Counted from the stretch's first letter, positions 40,034-54,676 are shown. The stretch is DNA of 64,000 bases from Lingula anatina (GCA_051362555.1 CM120641.1:6138001-6202000); one strand, 5' to 3'. A program made the numbers and translations. The notes: a model not told the origin generated them from the letters alone.

Positions 40034-42312
40034 CTAGCTTGGATTACAACTCAAACAGAATGGTCTTTCCAGGATGTCATCATAACTGAAAAGACAAATT
40101 GAGCAATGTTATCTCACCAAGATTAAAACTTCCTTACTTTAATTTCCTAGAAACACTACCCGTTAAAACCTCCCTTACAGTACCAATCTGTCTTAAATAA
40201 AAATTTTATTAAATTAACTTCTTAAAAAGATGTAACCTGCTTATTATGATTAGCACTTACTTTAATACTGAGCACAGCTGGCAAAATTTCCCCTGGCAAT
40301 AGGTGCATGTTCTGACACACATTGCACACACAGGCTTATCACAGAAGTGACAGGGTTGCAGGGTAGGCTCCATGGATTTTGTACAAGATATGCATGTTGC
40401 TGCTACAGGGGTATGTGGTCGAGGAACTACAAAGAACAAAGAATTATTAGTTTTATCAAGATGATGCTTAATAATAAAACCCCCCTTTTTTTCAGTAAAT
40501 AAACATAAACATCAAAATCTAGTAAAGCTTAAAAATGAACCGACAGTAATAAAACCTGCAACAAGTTTTTAATCGAACCTTTGTCACTGTAGGATCATAA
40601 AACCCATTGAATCATAGTGATACTGATAGCAAATTGATAGTAGTTAAAGAGCACACACCTTGAGTAAAAAGACTGGAGAATGCAGATTGATGATTTGGCA
40701 TTTTGCTCATTTGTTGTTCTGCAGACACATGTCCATTACTGAGACTTCTGAACTCCATGCATTTCTGTGGCTCATTTCCACTCATATTGCACAAATTGTT
40801 GTTAATAGATTGCTGGACATGAAAGTTCAGTTTTTGTTGACCAGCAATTGGGCAAGAAAGACCAGTGCCAATGTCCATCATTTCTTGATCCTCTTGTATT
40901 GCAGGTAAGGGTGTGTCCCCTGGTAATGGTGCATTGTAGATACCTTTGTATGCAGCACTAAACAACAGACTCCTCGTCTTTTCTGAAGTGAAACAAAACT
41001 GAATTTAAAATTGTTACAAATATCATACCATGGAGTAGTTTGCTATGTGTATCGAGTTATAGTGTAGTGTTACCACTTTCAAGAGTAGCAGCTCATGCTT
41101 TAGCAAGTTAATATTTATATTTTGCCATATTTACTATTAGTGCTTACATGGAAGATATCAATATAGATAAGTTCAATATACTGAGTCTGCACCAATGCAG
41201 ACGGTTCTCAAATCTTTCTCCTTATGCTTACTTCCTAAGTTTTACAAAGCCAACTGATATTATTGAGAGTGATGTGAAAAGGGTTCATCTGCCTTTTAGC
41301 AATTATATGACACAGAATTCATACATCTGAAGAAGACCACAGTTAAAGAGTTCTGAATGAATAGGCCAGATAATGTTCCTTGCCAAAAAAACAAGTTACT
41401 ATGAAGAATTGTACATTGAATGCAAGTTACTTGGCCCAGGTTATCTTGGGACACAAATTCAAGTTCGCCACTCTGGTGTTTAGTAGATTAAATGGTACCA
41501 ATTTGTTAGCTGAATACCAACAGCTACCTATGATACCAGTTTCATTAGTGCATAAGCACAAAAAACTTACCAAAAAACATATATAAAAGCAATCATGTTG
41601 AAGACTTAACTGACCAAGGAACAAACTAATAGGCACAATCATGTACATAAAGTTCTTTGGCCCACAGTTTTAGAGTTGGTGAAGGTAGACCCGGGCTTTA
41701 TAGCTCAGTGGTAGAGCATTCACATGATAAGGGAGCATCCTGTTTTAGATTCCCTGTCAAGTCAGGTATTTTCCCCAAAAAATACTACATTTTGTCCGCC
41801 CCATTTTGCTTCAGGACAGAATACAATCCTCGACTTACTCCTCACACTCTTGAGTACCTTAATGGTTATCTTTAGCCAGTGTATGATTTCTTTGAAGATA
41901 AGAAGACATTTTTTTCACAACGCTGTCAATGGCAAGACTAGTTGGCTTTACAGCAGCAAGCGGCTTGAGGTGAGAGGTAATCAAAAGATGTGAGAGCTCC
42001 CAGATGCACTTATCTGAGTCGCTAGCTGACCGTCATTCCACAGTTGTGACCACCTTTATCTTGGTACATGTACTTCATATGAGGAACCATAAATAGCCGC
42101 GTTAACACATTAAACTTTACCGTCCAATTTATACTAGACTGTGACACATAGGTGTAGATGAAGTAGGTCCAGTAAATTAAATAAACTCTCTTACCATAAA
42201 CTTTCTTCATATTTTCCTCTCTGTTTATTCCCATATCAACGTTTTTCTGGTGCACTACAGTTTTAAACTGCAATGGAGACGCATCCCCAAACGGATTTGG
42301 ACGTTTCGGCAT
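40034..42312 (-). CDS. SIVA1: Apoptosis regulatory protein Siva, 4 exons
   Basis: MPKRPNPFGDASPLQFKTVVHQKNVDMG..MKKVY|EKTRSLLFSAA. C-terminal Cys cluster CISC..PCHFCDKPVCAMCVRTCTYCQGKFCQLCSVL|NYDDILERPFCLSC. Stop at 40034-40036. Confidence 0.9.
41693..41790 (+). mobile_element. tRNA-derived SINE head or tRNA pseudogene in SIVA1 intron 1
   Basis: A-box TAGCTCAGTGGTAGAGC is intact. The B-box is degenerate (GTTTTAGATTCC) and there is no proper cloverleaf. Confidence 0.6.
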
Positions 42313-42657
42313 GACTTTTTATGATGAGTGCAGTAAAATTTAAAAACCTAATTGCGTAAACAACTTTTCGCGGGAATATTGTGCCCATGTGACGGCAACT
42401 TCCGCTTGCGCACTCGGATTTGAGTTGGAAGTATCAATAACAAAGAGTTCGTGTTTGTGTTAGACATGTTATTTCAAAGCTTAACATGAAGAATTTTCTT
42501 TTATTTTGGTAATTTGATAAAATTACATCCATTCAAGTTGATTTCACGCCTAAAATATGTTTATGAATCTTACACACTTTAGTTTCATTCCGTGTAAAAT
42601 AATACTCGAAAACATTCCATATATATGATAGGCTCTTGACCCAATTAACTTTCGAAT
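42313..42657. promoter_or_regulatory. Bidirectional promoter between SIVA1 and CDAN1
   Basis: The ATGs are 345 bp apart, head to head. E2F-like TTTTCGCGGGAA at 42365-42376 and ETS-like ACTTCCG at about 42398. Confidence 0.7.
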
Positions 42658-45600
42658 ATGGCCACTATCTTGGAACTGGTTTTAGAGGAGAAAGTTTTAC
42701 CATTTACTGTTGTGCGTTGGCTAGCAAAAAAGGCTCATCAGGTAAAGTGAAAAAATACATTTAATTTCGGCAATGGAGGTTTGTTCTAAAAAGTGCAAAT
42801 GACCACTAACTTTTAAAAAGTCGCGTTGAAAATATCAACTTTTGCTGTGACAGTGTTTTACCTGGACTGGCTGCAGCATATGTGATATATTATAATTTTA
42901 ATGAATGGTATTGTGGAGCAGACTTGTTTCCTTTTTATTTTCATTTATTAAATAAAAAACAGCATGATAAAAACTTAATTTCGAAACACCTTGTCGTTAA
43001 ATACAAAAACTGATTTGACTTGCATTGCAGAATTAATATTTTTAATTTTTTCTAAAATAAAATTTCAGTGGGTTTCAGTTGTATTTTACGTAAATGCATT
43101 TTATATTTAGGCTGAAAATCTAGATGAGCTAGAGCGTGAGAGGTCCGAATTTATTCCATTCTTCCTGAACTACCTTCGAGATAAGACAGTGCATTTGCTA
43201 CAAAACAATAAATCAGCATGTCCTTCTCCAGCTAAAACACCAACCAGTTTTCAGAACAAACAAAAACCAGCTCCAAAGGTTGGAAACAAGAGCAAGGAAA
43301 GGAATAATTCTTCTAAGCGGGTACAGTTGTTTTCAGTTGGTCCAACCTCAGATAGGCAGAAGACATCGCCCAGTGCCTTTGAACTTGCCAACACCTCTCT
43401 AGACTCTCCTCATATCAACAGATCCTTTGGATCATCAGCTAAGAAGGAAACCTTTGCGAAAGACACTGTCAGTGGTTTAGAGTTCAGAAGATTAGATGAC
43501 TCAAATGCTTCTTTTGATAACCCATCTGTATTCAAAGGACAAGAGGAACATAATAGCCCAGAGGTGTATGGAAAGCGAAATAAAAATTCTCGCTCCACTC
43601 CAGTACACAGCACTCCAGATTCTTATTCCAGATCAAAGCATAAACACTCTTTAGGCGACTTTCTCATTAGTCCAGAAACAGAAGGTAGAAAGAAGAAAAG
43701 TCCCTTTTCTGGAAACAGAAATAATAATAATAATGAGAACAGTCCCTCTCCAGTATCTCAGAGACGTTCAGGAGGTAAAGGGAAATCTCATAAACAAAGA
43801 TACAGTGATGTAGATCGTAACCCACCAAAACTGCCTGGGTTCAGTTTAACTGATGCTGAGGACTTCCCAACTTTGACCTGTAATAGTCAGTCACAAAGGT
43901 ATTATTATACCATATTATGGTTATTGCAGTGAGTTGTTACAGATAGTGTAGTCTTGCCAGAATGAGTTGTACAACTCGTGGTTGGGTTTAAAATTTGTAA
44001 ATGATTCACGGGGGTTTAAACATGGTACCCAACAACTTTTTAGCAAAGTTTAAGACTTTGTATATTTTTTCTTAAACAACATCATTAAAGATTTATAGAA
44101 ATATCATATTATTCCAAGAAACAGTTCAGTTGAAGCACTGAAAGAGACATTATATGTCATAAAGAAGGATATGCAAATATTTTGTACTTTTTTTTCAGTA
44201 AGCCGAGGAGGATCACCCCTACTCCTGTGAATCAGGATGTCAAAAGAGCCACAAACACACTGTTCACCAGTGCTCCAGCACTTAGTCCAGTCAAAGAGAA
44301 AGAAAAAGAAAAGAATGCTGGACCAAGAAGAGTTCCACTTCTTAAACTGGATGACTTCAGGGAGTCATTAAAGTAATTACAAAATCAAAACAATAAGTTA
44401 ATTGGTCTCTGTATTGTATTCTACCTCTTTACGTTTTTTTTTAATGCATTGACTAGATAATAAAATTATTAAAAATGCTTTTTATTCTTGATTAATTAAT
44501 CTAAACATTTTATAAGTCAAATGTTGTCTGTGTAATGCATTTATATGTAAGATGTAAATTTTTATACCTGTTTGAACTATGTATGAACTGTGTTTAAGCA
44601 AGTTCAGGAATAAGACACGTGTGTATTTCAGAGAAGAGAATGCAAAGAGAAATGAAGTTGCCAGCAATGGAACTGAGTGCAATACATTTACCACTCCCAG
44701 CAAGTCAAGATCTGGAATAACCTCTTTCACTCCAAACAAAACACCAAGCAAATACTCCATGGAAAGACAGGCAAGCATAGTGGAGATAACTGTAGCTGAG
44801 CCATGTAATGTCACATTCAGAGATAAGCTTCATCTTATAGCTGAGGTGTATTCTGGGTGCTTGGAAGGTTTGTGTCTGTATCATTTTAATATTTTATAGA
44901 TTTTTCACTTGTCAATGAAACGTTGCATTAAATTATGTACAGATATATATGAGCTGTATTTGATAACATAGTTAAATTCTAATTGCTTTGGAGATTAATT
45001 TGTGAATATATTAATTTTTAATTGAATAGGTTATAGTTAGTGGAAAGGGATTTCCATATAAAGATTACTTAAAACTTTGATTTCAGAGCACCTGGTCCCT
45101 AGCATCACTGTAGAACTGTACTTCATCATGCAACTTCTCACTGCTAGAGGGGTGGATTTAGAGGTAGCAAAAAGCATGGGAAACTTGGGTGAGTCATGTA
45201 TTTCTTTAATCTTTAAAGTTGCTGTAAAGTTCTTTTCTTGAGACAGTTGGTGATTTATTATTGTATGTTTGGAAATAAAGACGAGGAAGTCAAGGTCAAG
45301 AGGTGTGTTTAGGTGCAGAGTATATAAAATTTTGTATGTAAAAAATGGTCACACTTGCATGTTTTATTTTAAATTAGTCAGATTCTCATTAATTACCAGA
45401 TCAATGATAAATTGGCACAAATGGTAATATCTGAAATAGTTTCAGCTTATTTCTTAAGTGAATTAGCTGTATTATTTGGCTCATATGTTAAAGGGTAACC
45501 AGGGGGTAACCCGAGTGATTTGTTGAAGTCCTTTTGATGAGGATGTATGGTTGGCCCCATTGTAGCACTTGTAAGAATGGTAATAGATTAAAAATTTATT

Positions 45601-46281
45601 TAAATATTGATATTTTGATTCTTATGCAAACACCATTGTTTTACAGATTGGGATGAGACCAGCTATTTCCATTCAGTACATAATGCAGTGTACTTTGCTG
45701 TGGTGGTTTTGGAATTACAAATCAGGTAGGAGTCAAGGTGCCTTTGCTATGGGTATATTTTACATCAAGTTATAGCTGAATTTGTTATAATTGTCCTAAA
45801 CTTAGCTTGTTGTTTGAGAAACATCAGAGAAAACACGTCAAGTGATGACAGTGAAGTTCTTTTGTACATAATTCAAAAACTGATACAGCTTGAAAGGTGA
45901 AGTTTACAGAGAAATATCAGATATCATCCAATGTAATGGAGCAATTCATCTGAATAATAACCCTCATATACCTTCTTGCTAGCTTTATGATGATATGGAA
46001 TGTTTGTTTTTTGTGTATTTTTTCTGACTGAAATATAACAACAAGAAAAGATAGAGGAAAGAAATTTTAAAGGAAAATGGAAAATAGTTCATTTTAATTC
46101 CAGACTCGTGCAGTATCTAGATAAAGGTACCTTAAAACTTCTGTCAGAAAACCAGAGGATAGAAGATTTTTCTGTTCAGCTGAAAACCCAGCTCACAAAT
46201 ATATATGAAGAGTCATCTGTTGAAGTAAGTAATGAATCTCTTACACTTGTTACTTTTATCACTACTTTGTTATTAATGTAT

Positions 46282-46320
<39 letters not shown>

Positions 46321-49300
46321 TTGACATTTGAGAGGTTTATTGGTAGCTGTATGATCGAGTATTTTCCAGGGTGTAAGAGTTATTTAATTTAGTGAATACA
46401 ACAATGAAGTTAAAAAAAAAATTGCAGGCAGAAGTCTGTGTGATTAAGTTGCCTTATTAAGATTTCATAAAAAGGATATTGTATTAAAATATCATCATAT
46501 CCATTGCAGCCTATGTCAGTATTCTATGCCTCCCCTATTGGAGGGGTGTCATTTCAAGTTGACACTGATAACAGGAAAAACTTTCCGAGTGATAAAGCTT
46601 TTCATTTATTCAAGAAACAAAGGTGAGAAAGATTTTTTTCTTACTCCAAAATAGTTATTTTTATTTTTAGTCTGTTTCATTTTTGACAGAGACTTACTGA
46701 ATTGTTAAACAATTTCACAGATCCAGTATTCTTTGCTTAGCACTTGAAAATGATTTTTATTGATTTAATAATTACATTCTTTGAATGATTTAAGGCACTT
46801 GAGCATTAAGAAAATGTTCTGTTATACATTGTTTTTGATATTAACCCAGAGACATATTCTATGAATTGGTACGTGAATGGGAAGAAAACCACCTAGATGT
46901 ATCCTGGTCACTGTCACAACTCCATGGACACCGGATACGCAGTCTGGTCAGCTGTCCAGTGGACTTGGTCAACCACATTCACTTTGCTAGGTTATTTCAA
47001 GCACAGCTCATTGCTGTAAGTAGTTGCCTTTGAAAAATTGTCAATCAGAATGTGTTCAAAATTTAGTTTTTGCTTTTTTATAGATCCGATGCTAACTTTT
47101 GGGTCAAAATATGAAGAGATAAGATATTCTTTACCAAAGCAATGATGAATTGCAGAAGCTGTTAATTATAGTTCATTTTCTTTACCTAGAATATGATTAA
47201 CATTGGGTAAAAGTTTGATACGTTATTTCTAGCATTAGTAGCGTCAGAGATTTCATTAAGTATTGTTTTGTACCGCAGTAAATAGTAGCGCAGGTACTGA
47301 ACAGTTGTTATTCTCTATTTGAGATGTGTAAAGGAGTGGGCACATTGAAATCACAGGATGAGGACACCAATATAGCCCTGTTGTCACAACTCAAAAGAAG
47401 TAACCCAGAAAAGTTTAAGAAGTAAGTTCATTTCTTGTTTGAAGTAAATATGACATATTTTATAAAATTTTATGATAGAAAATTCAGTTCGCAAGCAAAC
47501 CTTAGTAACAATGTTCTTTATATATGTGAAAGTGTGTTTTGAATATCTGACTGTCTTTAAATTTAGACTCCAGGAGCGTTTTACCACTCCCACCACACAC
47601 CTCGGTCCTTGCCCCCCACCCTCATTCCCAGGGTGTCAGGAATTCTTTAGAGACTTCATTGTAGCAGCAGAGAGTCATGTGTTTAACCAGCACTTGATTG
47701 ATGGAATGGCTGCCAAAATTAAGGAGGTTAGTGAAAATTACCAGACAATTTTGTCTTTTTCCTGTTGGATCAGTGGTATCTAAGGCTTCATTCACATGCA
47801 ATGTCTATTTTCTAAATTCTATTTTCTATTCGCGCTATCTTATGATCACGGTCTGTGCCCTGAATATCCCGCCGCGTAATTACTGGCAGCGCGAGCCAGT
47901 TACTTATAGTAACTTATAGTAACTGGCTCGCGCTGCCAGTAATTACGCCGCGGGATATTCAGGGCACAGACCATGATCATAAGACATACCGCGAATAGAA
48001 AATAGAATTTAGAAAATAGACATTGCATGTGAACGAAGCCTAACATTTTGATCTCAAATCGAACAATATAAAGCTTGCCTTACGAAAATGAAATATATTG
48101 TATTTCTTTTCTGCAAATTTATTGATGATTTATGTAAAAATAAAAACAAGGACTAAAGAATGAATTAGCGTTTTACAAATTTCATCAGAGAAAATAGTAT
48201 CAATGTGAAATTGGTTTTGAATTTTCCTCGAATTGTTGTTGGCTACTATAGATGAATTCTTGAGTTTGAATAATTATGGTATGATTGAAACATGCTTCAA
48301 ACACAACTTTTCCTTTGTTATAAAACATGATTTGTGTATAATCTGGACAAGGATCTAAGGTTTAATTTTATTATCACATTGCGTGATACTTTCTTTGTAG
48401 CTAATCAATTCCACATTATCTGACCATGAAGATGAAGTGGGGACTGAGACCAAGACTAATCAGGTACATATTGTACTATATCAATTAATGAGAATTATTG
48501 TATAATAGAAATATAAACATTTAAGAGATGTCTTCATATTTATCATTGTTATTATTATTACTATTATTATTATTTTGAATTCATTAAGTGGAAAGTCAAC
48601 ATTATGATAGTATTTGTTTATATTTTGTCCTTAATGAAATACTAAACTGATCATTCATAGATAAACAAACAGTATGTTTTTACTTGCAGCAAGATAAAGA
48701 TGTGTTCTCATCTTGTCTTTTGACATTGAGACTTCTTGGCAAGTTCCTTGGCTTTATTGTATTTTTACCATATCGGACTCCAGAGCCACTACCAGAAACT
48801 TTAGAAATGACTTATGTCGCTATGAGAAGCCAGGTAGGCAAGCTAAATTTTGAATTGAATTTTCAGCATGATCTTAACGTTTTGATACAGTTAAGTGATT
48901 AATGAAATGGGATAAAATGTGCTATATAAAGACTTTAAAGAAAAATTATTGAGAATTTTAAGTGTAAGTGTATTGGTGAGAACTTTGCTCAGTATATTTT
49001 AATAGATTAAGTACCTGTGATGTGCAAGTATTATGAATTGTAAAAAAAATGTGCTGATGCATAAGCTCATAAAAGCTTGTATATCTTTAATCTGTAGGTC
49101 CCTTGTCCACTGGATGTTTATCAAGAAATTCAGTTGGCCTGTGTTGAGGGGAGACTAGTCCTGACTGTACCCTGGGTGGTGGAATTTTTGAGCATGATGG
49201 ACAGCCTAGCACCAAGACTGCAGTACTATAGCAGTGTGTGCAAGCTGCTCATGCAGATTCATAGGTAAATTTAGACTGACTTTTACTGTTTGTTTGCCAC

Positions 49301-52300
49301 TTGGTATAAAATGGATGTTAAATTCCATATTAGGAATGTCAGGTTAAGTTAAAGAACAGGCTTTAAAGTATTTTAAGTAAGTATTAAGTGATTAAGTATT
49401 ATACAGAATGAAAATGGATTTTAGATTGAATCGTTTGTCTTGGTTTAAGAAGTTGATAACAAAAATTGAAGAGGTTCAAACTGCTTCTATGTAAGTGGTC
49501 ATGTGTTTTGACATTCCAGATGTTTTGCAGCATCTTTCTTGGAAAGGTACAGTTTGAATTCCTTCCTAACTGTTGTGGTGCTTGGCTGGCTTTTCCAGGT
49601 AGGAAGCTTTACTATTGTTCCTCATTGGCGAAAGGATTTAAGTTAATGAACATTTTCATTCATAATTTTATACTAATTCGATGATTTTTTTCTCAGAAAA
49701 TTATCTGATTTTCTTGCATTTTATTTAATGTAAAACATATGTGAAACTATTCATAGTACCTCATACGTGATCATCATTTTCTGTTGATATAGCTTCCACA
49801 GTTTCCAGAAGAGTTGTTTTTTACAGACCTGGATTCTTTGGATTGTTATAATAAAGATCAAAATTTGGTAAGCAGTATTTTTTTATTAAAAGTTGAATAC
49901 TTTTAAAGTCTGGAATTACATAAGCTATTGTTTCTATGTAGCTGAATTAAGTATTGAAAGTAACATTTACCTATTTAACTCTTTAGGTGTCTTAAGCATG
50001 TTTAAATTTTTTTTTTTTGCTTTAACGAGTACAAGGACCTTAAATTTACTGTAAAGAAATGGATGTAGTTGCTTCAGTTTACTTTCCTTATATTTGATTT
50101 CTCTATTTACTTCAGGATTCTCTGGAACTTGTGGATCACCCTCTGATGTACACTTGCTGCCCGTATCTGGGTAAGTAACCTCAAAAAATTTTTTTCTGAA
50201 ATATCCTCCCATCTTCCAATGTGATCATTTTATGTCAATTTTTTTTATTTTCTGTAAATTATTAAGTAAGGGGATTTGGGCAAAATGAGAAGGAATGTCA
50301 GCTTTAAAGAACTAATGCATTTTTTCTAGGCGAGTTGAGATCCTTGCTGATAGACTTTGCTGTAGGTGGCAGCACCAAACAGAACAACATTAGGAAGATC
50401 ACACCGATAGCAGCAGAGTGTGAGGATGAGGATACTGGAATCAATGAAAAACAACTTCAAGTAAGATTATCATTACCAACATACGGTAATGACTCGATCT
50501 TTTCAATGGAAAAAATTGTGATTTTAACCGTACTATATTTTTTAAGTCATAATTTCTTAAAATAAGAGCATTCCTATTGAGTGGTTGCAACAAAATTGAA
50601 AAGCAGACTGCCTTATAGTCCTATTATATGCATTAAAAGCACCACAAATTCTATACAAAAATATAATTTTTATGATTTTAAAATGATGTGTCCGAAAGTT
50701 TGATAATTTTTGCCCATTGAAAAGATCGAGTCATTACCGTAGTTTCTGTCAAAAAGCATGATGTAAAGAATTTAAGTTATAGTTTATCTATCGTTTGTTA
50801 AACGAGCTGATAATATCATTTATGCCTCCCAAACCACCCCACCCCATCCTTTTGATATATTTACATAATTTGATGTGTATAAACAATATATCCACGGAGG
50901 CTATGTTTTTACATATTTCTGAAAATAGATATATAGATATGATTAGTTACATTTATTTGCTTAGTAAGTAAGCAGACCATATTACACAACACATATATAT
51001 CTGTCCATAAACCAGCAAGGAATATGAAATATTTCCTACATTAATAAACAGTAAATAAATTGACTATAGAGTTTTTACTATTTGCAGCTGCAGCTGGAAG
51101 AAAACTTTTTCCACAACCACCCAGCCTCCTTGAAAAGGACAGTGGAGTTTGTTGCTGACAGAGTTGCCTCCATACACATCAAGAAATTTCGAAGCCAGGA
51201 ACTGCCCAGGTTTATCAGTATTGGCATTGGTGCTGTTGGTGGAATGCTTTCTGGCACTGGAAGTGGTTCTCCTGATAACAGACTAAAAGTAAGATTATTT
51301 GTCTTTCTTTATTACAATGATAAAAACTTCTCTTTTCAAGAAACTGATTTCATGGGAGTTTATGTGGATGAAATTTTATACACTTGAAAAATAATCTTGA
51401 TTTATGTCCACTGCTTTTTAAAACTGATTGTTATTATTATTTTATTAACAAACACCCGACTGGTATTTCAGACCAGACTAGAGCAGCAAGTCTTGGAGGT
51501 AGCGAGAAATCTGATGCAGACGGCCAGAAATGACATCGTTTCTTCTTTCACCGCATACTGCCAGCAGAAGACAGAAGCCATTTTACCAATGTTGCTTCCT
51601 GACGACACTGTGCCTCAAGTATTAGCAGTGTCCATGCAGATATCAGCAAGGTTGGCTCTGGAGAAGGTGACACATTGGTCACAGGCACATCTCACCACCA
51701 GTAAGTTGCTTGCATGAGATTTCAGACTTGAATGGAATTTAGACTTTAGGCAGAATTGAGTTTTTTTTTTTCTGCAGAGACGATTGTTGGGAAACTTTGC
51801 ATGTGCTGCTTGAAGTATTTTTTGTGCAAATAACCAGTTTTACAATTGAAGTAGGAGCCCTTTAGAAATAGTGTCTTTGTGTCTATCCTGTTTGACTACA
51901 GATTTGTAGAAAAGGTATTACAACCATTTGAGGGGAAAAAACTCAAAGAGAGCTTCCTGAGCATTTTTATTTAGACATATACTGTTATTCTTGATGTAAT
52001 AATCAAATGTGTTGTTTTATGATTCTCTTTGCAATGTGAGAAGCCACTTGAAATCATCACATTGATTTGATTTAAAAACATCAAAATATATTTTATTATT
52101 TAAATAAGTTATAATTAAAATTGTTGATTGCTTGGTATAATTAACTTGTCTTATTGTTTAAAAAAAGTACTTCTTTAACTTTTGACAATGCATTGACTAT
52201 TACAGACATGTTGAATAAAGAAATGACCTCTGAACTAGACAAACTGGTCAGGTCTATGGCCAGTGGCTTGGACAGCCCAGTTAGACCTGTGAAGGGTGAA

Positions 52301-54676
52301 AAGACAGTCCAAGTAGTCCATGGGAACCCTGCCATTGTAGTCCAAACCAAGGATGTATGTGCTGTGTCAGAAACAATAAATATGTTGAAGGTGGGTAAGG
52401 ATTTTGTATTTCACAAACTATGAAAAGCAGTTTTTAACTTGTATATGTATCTGTATGTAGACTTTATTAAGATATATTTTTTCATTTTCTAAAAAGGTAT
52501 GATCTTGTTATGTTAATTTTTGTTGTTGATGCTGTTGTTGACAATGCTATTGCTACCTGCTTAAGCCTGTTGCACTTCAGTCCCTTTTGCACTATCTGTA
52601 GGACTTTGTGCGGGACCTAGTTCTTGAGAAAGATGGTGTATCCTATCAGAGGATGTTGAAATTGTTGAGACAGACAAAGGACACGTTTTTTGGAACAGCT
52701 GTGAGTACTAGATTGGAATTACATTACAAAATTAGAATGAGTTTCTAGATGTAGCGACCAGACATTTTAATGCTAACCGGTTATGAAATGCTATTATATA
52801 TGTGTCTCACTATTTATATATTTGTATCTAGATATTACTTGTTACTTTATTTATGTATTCTTTTTTATCTATAATTTATTTTTCTTTAACACTTCAACAG
52901 TATCAAAAACTTTTTTTGTGTTTTGATCTCTTATTTTACTTATGTATAATTATGTAGAAAGATTTTTTGTACAGTTAAAGATTTAAGTAAAACTTTTTAT
53001 TACTTGATATCCATAGAACATATTCCCATTGGCATATAAGACAGTAGCTCTGCTCTGGTTGGACTTAGCTGTATCATGTGGTAAGTTGTCTTTTCTGTTT
53101 CTTATATTAGGTTATATTTTGTAATATAATAAACAAACAAATCAGATTTCTTGCTTTGAATACTGAACACTAGTTTGTTTAGATTGAAAACATACATGTT
53201 ATCAGATGTTGTTGCTGTGTAAAGAGGTGAAAATGCTGTTAGGGTATGAGATTTTGAAACTTCAGGATGATCTTTATTTATCTTTTTATTCTCAAAGAAT
53301 CAGTTTATTAGTTAAGCTTTTCGGGCTATTTTTTCTTTTAAGATGAGTGTAATTTCTGTTGAAAAGTTTCTCTAGTATATAAGGAGAAGCAGATGTGGGT
53401 TTTAATACTAGATTATGCAACTGAAATATTCAACTTGTCTTTTCTTTTGTTCGTTTTTGCAGCAATATTCAAACCCCCCTACATAACTGAGGAAAGTTTA
53501 GGAGACTTGACTGCACTGTGGCAAGGTCCACTGAAGCAGCATACATCCTTTTGTCAAGTCATATGTGCCAAGTATGTTCATTTACTGATGACCAAATCCA
53601 AGGTGCTTCAGGTAAAATTTCATCCATTTTTTATGAAGAATTATGGTGCAACTTTACCTGTTTTTTTTTTTTTTTTTTTTTTGTTTTTTTTTAGTTTAAG
53701 AAGGTTATGATTAAGCACAAGTCATTTAGTTGTATCATTTAAGAGATATAACGGTTGTGTCTGCCTTGGTGGATTCCGTATGTGAGTATACGTGCATTTT
53801 TTGACCCAGACTTCATATATTTGTTCTAGGAATCTTGGAACCAATATGCATTTCTACTCAGACATCTGTTAAATCAAGAACTTCTGACTTGGGCAGATGT
53901 AAAAGAGGCTGGGTTAAAGCTTCTTCAGCACAACCTTCCAAAGGTAGCCATGAATGCAACAAAAAGAAAATGATAAATTTTAACATTTATGTATAACAAC
54001 CCGCTTCTAGACATACCTTATGGCATTTTGATTTATTAAACTTGATTTCAAGATCCATATGATACATTTTTCAGAGTAAAAGTTGTCACAAGCATCATAT
54101 TTGCTTTTTTGAAAATTAATCAGTTTCAAATCGTCAGATATACTAAAGGTGGTTCTTGAATAATAATTAATTTTGTCATTTCAGGACTGCCTTGAATTGT
54201 TTGCAGCTTGTATCTGTGATAGTTGTAAAGTATTTAGCGAAGACAAAACAATGGGAACAATAGATTGCCTGGAATTATTGAATAGTTTAGACCAGGAATG
54301 TGCAAACTGTTCTTCTGTAACAATACAAGCAGTAAAAGATTGCATTTCAATTATCAGTGAACAGCAGTTGCTACAGGATACCAAATGTACGACTGAAAAA
54401 ATGGCAGAAATAGCAGATATTGGAGCTACTACAGGTAATACTCTGCATGACACTCTGCATCCAAAAGATGAAAAACACCAACCCAAAATTATGGCAGATG
54501 AGCAGGAACAGAATAAAAATCCAATTAAAGTGGAGTGTGATTGTGTTCATACAGAGAAGTATTGCCAGAAATGCACTCTTTGTTTCAACAAAGAAAATCA
54601 AACAGAGATTTCATCTTGCGCTGAAAAGATACTCCCAAAAGTGGACAGTATGCAAGTCAAGATTGCAGGAATTTGA
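42658..54676 (+). CDS. CDAN1: Codanin-1, multi-exon
   Basis: N-terminus [22 protein letters not shown]. Further motifs: [12 protein letters not shown]-domain [131 protein letters not shown]. Confidence 0.95.
47784..48040. mobile_element. Almost fully palindromic PIF/Harbinger (Tourist-like) MITE in a CDAN1 intron
   Basis: GGCTTCATTCACATGCAATG...CATTGCATGTGAACGAAGCC with ~120-bp arms, flanked by TAA on both sides (3-bp target site duplication). Confidence 0.85.
50484..50739. mobile_element. Tc1/mariner-type MITE in a CDAN1 intron
   Basis: TIR CGGTAATGACTCGATCTTTTCAATGG / CCATTGAAAAGATCGAGTCATTACCG, flanked by TA on both sides. Confidence 0.85.

Noticed and set aside
41693-41765. Functional tRNA gene
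   Set aside because: Only the A-box/D-arm is intact. The T-arm/B-box and acceptor stem are degenerate.
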